A stretch of DNA of 63,377 bases, the filler included, from Stramenopiles sp. TOSAG23-2 (lineage: Eukaryota), in NCBI GenBank assembly GCA_900128395.1. It is 10 parts of 10 records of this genome, joined end to end, with 100 filler letters (N's around TTAATTAATTAA, not from the genome) between each part and the next. Parts side by side here need not be neighbours in the genome. Positions count along the whole stretch, not along the records: positions 57,169 to 63,377 come from LT650500.1; 9 more parts are not named here. One strand, 5' to 3'. Under the pieces are notes generated by a model that was not told the DNA's origin, ran no database searches, and worked only from the letters and a program-made list of their open reading frames with translations. Positions within the stretch are counted from its first letter, which is position 1, and every line of letters begins with the position of its first letter. Position numbers and translations under genes: made by a program. Below, piece after piece: positions 57,936-63,377 of the stretch.

Positions 57936-60900
57936 ATGAAAAATATGTTACATTCTTCACCGTCTAATAACGAAAATATGATACCACCAGAGGAAAAAAT
58001 AAACAATAATAATAATAACCTACACACTACAATCCAAGAGAATAGTGATAATAATAATAAAACGATACACAACAAGGAAGCACATAAGCTTGCAAATGAT
58101 TTAGTATTAAAAGCAAAGGCATTATCAAGAAGTGTGAAAAAAATGCCACCATCAAGTCCAATGGATGATGCAAAACGTGGATTTAATTTAAAACATTTAA
58201 ACGTATTAGCAACACGGTTTGCTGAATTAGCTGAAATATCAACGGCGTTGGAAGATGAAAATATAACTTTGAAAAAAAAATTAAATAGCTTGGAAGAAAA
58301 TTTCGAATTTGTAAACGATGAAAAGTTGGATTTAGAGCGTAAAGTTAGGACAGTAGAAAGTAATTTATTGCCGAAAATGAAATTGATGAGAAGAGAAGTT
58401 GTAGAATTAAAAAGAGAAAATGTACATATGAACGAATCCATGGAAGAAATTTTATATCAATCTGACATATTAACAAAACGTACAAAACAAGGCGAAATTA
58501 TCGTTGTTAAATTGCAGAATGTTTGTAAACGATTGGTAGATGAATTAAATAAAACCAAGTTAGAACTAATGGAAGCAAAAGCAGTTGCTGCTTCACCGAT
58601 GTTATTAGCAGCAGCAGCGACATCAACATTTACACCAGTTCATCAACAAAATATATCATCACCAATGATTAATACTCCTGGTTCCGTACACCCATTAGAA
58701 GGGACACCACAAGCATTATATGAAGGTGGTTTTCGTGATATGTCACATTTTCAACAATATGTTGCAAAAATGGAAGAACGTCGAGTGGAATTAGAAGAAG
58801 AACGCTTGAAAGCAAAAGCATTACGACATAATAAAGATAATGACAAAGGTGATAATGATAACAATAACGATAGTAATAATAATAATAATAATAATAACCA
58901 ACGAATATCCTCATTGAAACAAACGCATACGGTTCCATCACCATCCTCCACCACAGATAATAATAATAATAATAACAACAACACCGTAACAACACCAACA
59001 CGTGTAGAGAAAAAACAGACAAGTACAACTGGTACATCAACTCCTCGACGTCCAACTATGAAATCGTCTAGTACATCAACACCACCACCAGAGAAAAAAT
59101 CACCAGTGAAAAGTATTGGTATTTCAACCATATCAAAACGTACAACAAATTCTGGTACAAATCCAGAAATGAATGCAATGCATAGTGTTGGCACTGAAAC
59201 GGTGCAAAAACGTAGAGTTACATCTGGTGGTTCTATTTCTCCACCTACACATACAGTAGGTACGGAAACATTTGCATCACCTACGAGCACAGTAGGTACA
59301 GAAACATCTGCATCTCCTACCAACACAGTAGGTACAGAAACAATGCGGTCATCTACTAGCACAATAGGCACAGAAACGATACCAACAAAAATGACATCAC
59401 AAAGTGTTAGCACAATGCAAACAGAAACAGTAAATAGAGGAGTCTCCACCATGGAAAAAGAAACTACTACATCATCAACAAGTACAAATCAAATCGAGCA
59501 AAGGACACAAGGTACATCCACTCCATCATCTCATCATAATAGTAATAATAATAGAAATGGCCGTTTGCAGCAGCATCACCATCATCATCATCTTGGTGTA
59601 GGTGGAAAAGAAAGCAAAACAGGTTCTTCCAAGACAGATATTGACACTTCAACAACAAGAGGAAGTTCCACTACGATCGTATCAGCAAGGCAAAGTAAAG
59701 ATGCTAGCACGGCAACTATGAAAACAAGAATGAAAAATTCAGGTACAAGTCCTGATAAATCACGTACTGTAAGTTCTGGGACAAATCCAGCCCGGAAAAA
59801 AACATCAACTTCATCAACCAGTACTAAAACTTTAGTAAAAAAACAAAATGTGGGAATACAAAGTGGTGTTGTAAAAACGCAGACGACCGGGACGAATCCA
59901 AATAAAGCAAATACACAGGAAACAGGAACAAACCCAACTCTCAAGGAAACGGCATCTGCTGGTACACAAAAAAATTTGATGCAAAAAAATACAACAACGT
60001 CAGGTACACAAAAAAATTTACCTCAAAAAAATACAACAACTTCAGGTACAAATCCTGATAAAAAAACGACAACGTCATCTGGTACATCCACCAATAAACC
60101 ACCGGAAATGGTAACCTCTGGTGTAAATACTACTGCAAAGGAGAACAATAAGAAGAAACCATCTACTAATTCTGCTGGAACACAAAAAAATTTACCTTTA
60201 AAAAATATGACTAATACAGGTACAAGCCCTGATGTGAAAAATATGACTAATACAGGCACAAGCCCTGATGTGAAAAAAACAATGTCTTCTAGTACACAAA
60301 GTTTATCAAAAATTGTTCAAAATACCGGTACAAATCCAGAAATGAAGAAACTTGTTACTTCTAGTACGTTAACAGATAAAAATGATGCTGTAACACATAA
60401 AGCAAACATGAAACAAGAGAAAAAAATAATGAAACATTCAGGTACAAATCCACAAATTACGCCAACAAAATCTTCCTCAACCAATACGAAAAATACTGCA
60501 ACTACCGCTACAGCAACAAGTACTGCTGGTAGCAATAACAATAACAACAACACTGACAAAGGTACAGTTAATTATAGAGAAAAATTAAAGAGTTATGATA
60601 ACAATTTTCGTATTAGTGTTATTAAAAAGGTAGGAAAATCGGAATGGAAGAAGTTAACATTTGAAGAAAGGGTAGATCTGATGGAAATTGAAACAAAATA
60701 TGGCAGTACTACTACTAATAGCAATAAAAAGAAGATTGAACAAGATACAAAAAAGCATCATAGACACGCTCACGAAGAAAATAAATTTCCACCGTTTGTT
60801 AGTGCTACTCGACGAAATACGGTGATAGGAGAAGATAAAGGTGCCATAAGTACGAGACTAAAACCATTTATGGAAAAGGTAAATGAGAAAAAAATGAACA

Positions 60901-61232
60901 ATACGACAACAACAGCATCGATGTCGGTTCAAGTTACCCCAACGAAACCAGAAACAGTATCATTTGGTACAAGTATGGAAGACTTAGATCAATTTAGAAA
61001 AGATGTTGAATTAGTTGAACGTGAAACATTTTTGAAGGAACAATTGGAACAACAAGCATTAATGAAAAAAGAGCAAGAAAAACATTTAGAATTATATCAA
61101 TTGGAAATGGAGAAAAAAATTAGAGATATGACGGAAAAATTTGCTGCTCAAATTGCAGATGCTGCACGTTTAAGTGGAGACGATGAGAGTGATTTTAATA
61201 ATTATAGTGGAACTGATCTTGATACAAATTGA
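57936..61232 (+). CDS. Coiled-coil protein with a long Thr/Ser-rich disordered region of repeated GTET/GTNP/GTQK motifs
   Basis: 1098-aa ORF with N- and C-terminal coiled coils and many short repeats (VGTET/IGTET, TGTNP/SGTNP, AGTQK/SGTQK, GTSP). Confidence 0.75.
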   Translation: MKNMLHSSPSNNENMIPPEEKINNNNNNLHTTIQENSDNNNKTIHNKEAHKLANDLVLKAKALSRSVKKMPPSSPMDDAKRGFNLKHLNVLATRFAELAEISTALEDENITLKKKLNSLEENFEFVNDEKLDLERKVRTVESNLLPKMKLMRREVVELKRENVHMNESMEEILYQSDILTKRTKQGEIIVVKLQNVCKRLVDELNKTKLELMEAKAVAASPMLLAAAATSTFTPVHQQNISSPMINTPGSVHPLEGTPQALYEGGFRDMSHFQQYVAKMEERRVELEEERLKAKALRHNKDNDKGDNDNNNDSNNNNNNNNQRISSLKQTHTVPSPSSTTDNNNNNNNNTVTTPTRVEKKQTSTTGTSTPRRPTMKSSSTSTPPPEKKSPVKSIGISTISKRTTNSGTNPEMNAMHSVGTETVQKRRVTSGGSISPPTHTVGTETFASPTSTVGTETSASPTNTVGTETMRSSTSTIGTETIPTKMTSQSVSTMQTETVNRGVSTMEKETTTSSTSTNQIEQRTQGTSTPSSHHNSNNNRNGRLQQHHHHHHLGVGGKESKTGSSKTDIDTSTTRGSSTTIVSARQSKDASTATMKTRMKNSGTSPDKSRTVSSGTNPARKKTSTSSTSTKTLVKKQNVGIQSGVVKTQTTGTNPNKANTQETGTNPTLKETASAGTQKNLMQKNTTTSGTQKNLPQKNTTTSGTNPDKKTTTSSGTSTNKPPEMVTSGVNTTAKENNKKKPSTNSAGTQKNLPLKNMTNTGTSPDVKNMTNTGTSPDVKKTMSSSTQSLSKIVQNTGTNPEMKKLVTSSTLTDKNDAVTHKANMKQEKKIMKHSGTNPQITPTKSSSTNTKNTATTATATSTAGSNNNNNNTDKGTVNYREKLKSYDNNFRISVIKKVGKSEWKKLTFEERVDLMEIETKYGSTTTNSNKKKIEQDTKKHHRHAHEENKFPPFVSATRRNTVIGEDKGAISTRLKPFMEKVNEKKMNNTTTTASMSVQVTPTKPETVSFGTSMEDLDQFRKDVELVERETFLKEQLEQQALMKKEQEKHLELYQLEMEKKIRDMTEKFAAQIADAARLSGDDESDFNNYSGTDLDTN

Positions 61233-61444
61233 GAGATGTTTTGTGATGTGTGTATATACGTATATTATCGTACTGTTACATGTAAAAATTTATAGAATGC
61301 CACATTCTCTCTCTCTCTCTCTCTAAATGTTCATGCCCCCACCAATCATTGGCTATATCACCATGAAAATACGAACAATACACGCACATATACGTACGTA
61401 TTCATCTCATCATGATGATACACATCTAAATAGTAAATCTCTTT

Positions 61445-61954
61445 TTATGCTTTTACAATAATACGATACTTCAAACATAAGATAGGCGTTCCGTCATCCG
61501 TTGTCCATGATTGCTGTGCTACAAAAGTGCCAGCTGGAACACCATCTGGTAGTGGTTTGGTAATTTTTGATTTGTGTGGGCCTTTTGCAAGTGGGCAAGG
61601 TGTTGGTCCATCTTTTAAATCTGTACATAAATCGTCGTTTTGGTTCACAATAGGCAAACCGTTCAAAGATGCTTTGTACGAAGCTTTACCGGAGGTAATT
61701 TCTTCTGACAAGCTATAGGAAGATGTTAACGTAAACTCGCCTCCATTTTTGCTAACAGTGCAATCGGATGGTTCAAGCGCAACTTCAACATCAGTTGCAA
61801 TATCACCAGATCCACCACATGATATAGCACAACCGGCTGTTACGTTCCACGTGTCTTTACTATCATCAAATGGTATCACTTTAAACTCTTGTTTAATAGC
61901 ATTTGTTTGTGCTGTAATTGCTAATAATGCAATGGTAACTAATAATAATTTCAT
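61445..61954 (-). CDS. ML (MD-2-related lipid-recognition)/NPC2-like secreted protein
   Basis: Signal peptide, 'SEEITSGKA', 'NGLPIVNQNDDLC...TPCPLAKGPH', 'LPDGVPAGTF', 'ILCL'. Confidence 0.88.
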   Translation of the reverse strand: MKLLLVTIALLAITAQTNAIKQEFKVIPFDDSKDTWNVTAGCAISCGGSGDIATDVEVALEPSDCTVSKNGGEFTLTSSYSLSEEITSGKASYKASLNGLPIVNQNDDLCTDLKDGPTPCPLAKGPHKSKITKPLPDGVPAGTFVAQQSWTTDDGTPILCLKYRIIVKA

Positions 61955-63377
61955 GTTAAATATATATATATATTATCCTATATTGCTATATATGTCAAAA
62001 TGATATGAATTTGAGGTAATAAACTATAAAAGATAGTTATGTGTTTTATAACTGTTCGTTGTAATTTTTCTGTTCTTTACATGTAGTGGTTATGTAGATT
62101 TTGTATTATGATGTTATTAATTCGAAAATTCATCATATGTGCTCACCACAAAAAAAGTCATTCATTTTTCATTGCACCATTCTGAGGCATTGTTGCCATT
62201 CTTCTTCATCATTTTTTTTTAATTTGCAAGAAGGGAGGAGAGAGGGTTTGTTTGAAGTTATAATATTAATACATATAAATAGCACTAGACCGAATAGTAT
62301 GAGAATAGCACTACCCTGATGGTAGTCTAACGCATTTTCTGCATCTTCATCAGTTTTTTTTTCCAAATGCAATCTTAAAAATTTTATAGAATCATTTAAT
62401 TGTTTGTTGATGTTTGAGTGCCAGCTGGAAAGTGAACAGGGTAAAATACCAAAAACAGATCGACCAAAGAAACCACCAAAACAAGAACAACAAAGGGCCC
62501 AATCTATCATCGTTTCCTACATTTTATACATTTGTTGTCATTGTCTTCTGGATTAAACTTTTCGGATCCGACTCTTCCACTTTTTTTTTGTAGCCTGGCT
62601 TTGCAAATATTGTACTGAATTTTCCAGTAGTGCGTCTGTACATTTCCGTAATCGGCCCACAACATTTCTCCCGTGGGCAAATTTATTATATCAACATGAA
62701 GTTGTAAAAAGCCCAAGTGTAGATTACATGTTTGTTTGTTGATTGAAAGTAACAAATAATAATTATATTGAAAATAATTTTCACAATATCAATGAAACCA
62801 TTATCAAAGAAACAAATATTATTAAATTTAATGTTGATATGGATTTTATCAACACTTACAACATCTGCATCATATTTTCCATTTTGTAAATCCTGGCTAT
62901 TCTTCAAATTTGTATAGGATACCTTTGGTATCACTACACAAACACCATTTTTGTGGATGGAACTATTTCTTTGCTCCTTCTTAGCTTGTACAATTGCAAT
63001 TGGATAGATTGTTACAGTGAATTCTCAGGCAGCATCAAAAATGTGTCCTAATTTTCATGTTACAATTAGGGTTCAATATTGGGAATGTGTGCTCAGTGGT
63101 TTAGTCGGCCGTCTAACGTGTATGTTCTTATGTGTAGTGTTATTTTTGGATATAATTTAAGGTAAAATGTCTTTTTCAAGGCCTGTGTAGTGCTAATTGC
63201 ATTTTTTTGTAAATCTACAACTTTTTTGCTGATGAAGAAGAAATGTTTTTTTTGTTGGGAATATAGATTGTTCATTTAACTATGCATTTATATTTAATAC
63301 ATTAAATGGAAAAAGATATTATCATAAACTAAAAAATTAAAAGTAAAATTTAATTTTATATTACCTAAAAATTGGGG

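Overview
This is AT-rich eukaryotic (protist) genomic DNA, not a contiguous locus. Ten unrelated scaffolds of about 6.2-6.3 kb (6276, 6276, 6276, 6272, 6268, 6232, 6228, 6226, 6214 and 6209 bp, i.e. sorted by size) are joined by artificial 100-bp N44-TTAATTAATTAA-N44 spacers, so gene neighbourhood across spacers means nothing. The gene content, rare short GT-AG introns and poly-Asn tracts suggest a heterotrophic marine protist MAG/SAG, possibly a stramenopile (inference). Recognisable genes: Dispatched/Patched-type RND transporter, FOXRED2-like C-terminal fragment, PKA-regulatory-like protein with four cNMP domains, CDC5L, LarC-TPR fusion, class C GPCR with a bacterial-type sugar-binding ectodomain (3 exons), p47/UBX, multi-TM-LRR-LNR protein, carotenoid-oxygenase fragment, GT25, large EGF-repeat secreted protein, tafazzin, small two-exon Dpy-30/RIIa-like protein missed by the ORF track, modular surface receptor with a hypervariable 114-bp repeat array and cytosolic WW domain, poly(A) polymerase, GT47, steroid-5-alpha-reductase-family gene (2 exons), candidate multivalent LC8-binding protein and an ML/NPC2 protein. 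Also present: MITE-like elements, dispersed repeats and four perfect tandem duplications that look like assembly artefacts. The most interesting candidates are the sugar-binding-protein/GPCR fusion, the hypervariable-repeat receptor, eukaryotic LarC (nickel-pincer cofactor) and the doubled PKA-R-like protein. No rRNA, tRNA or CRISPR array was seen. All family calls come from motif recognition by eye; no searches were run.
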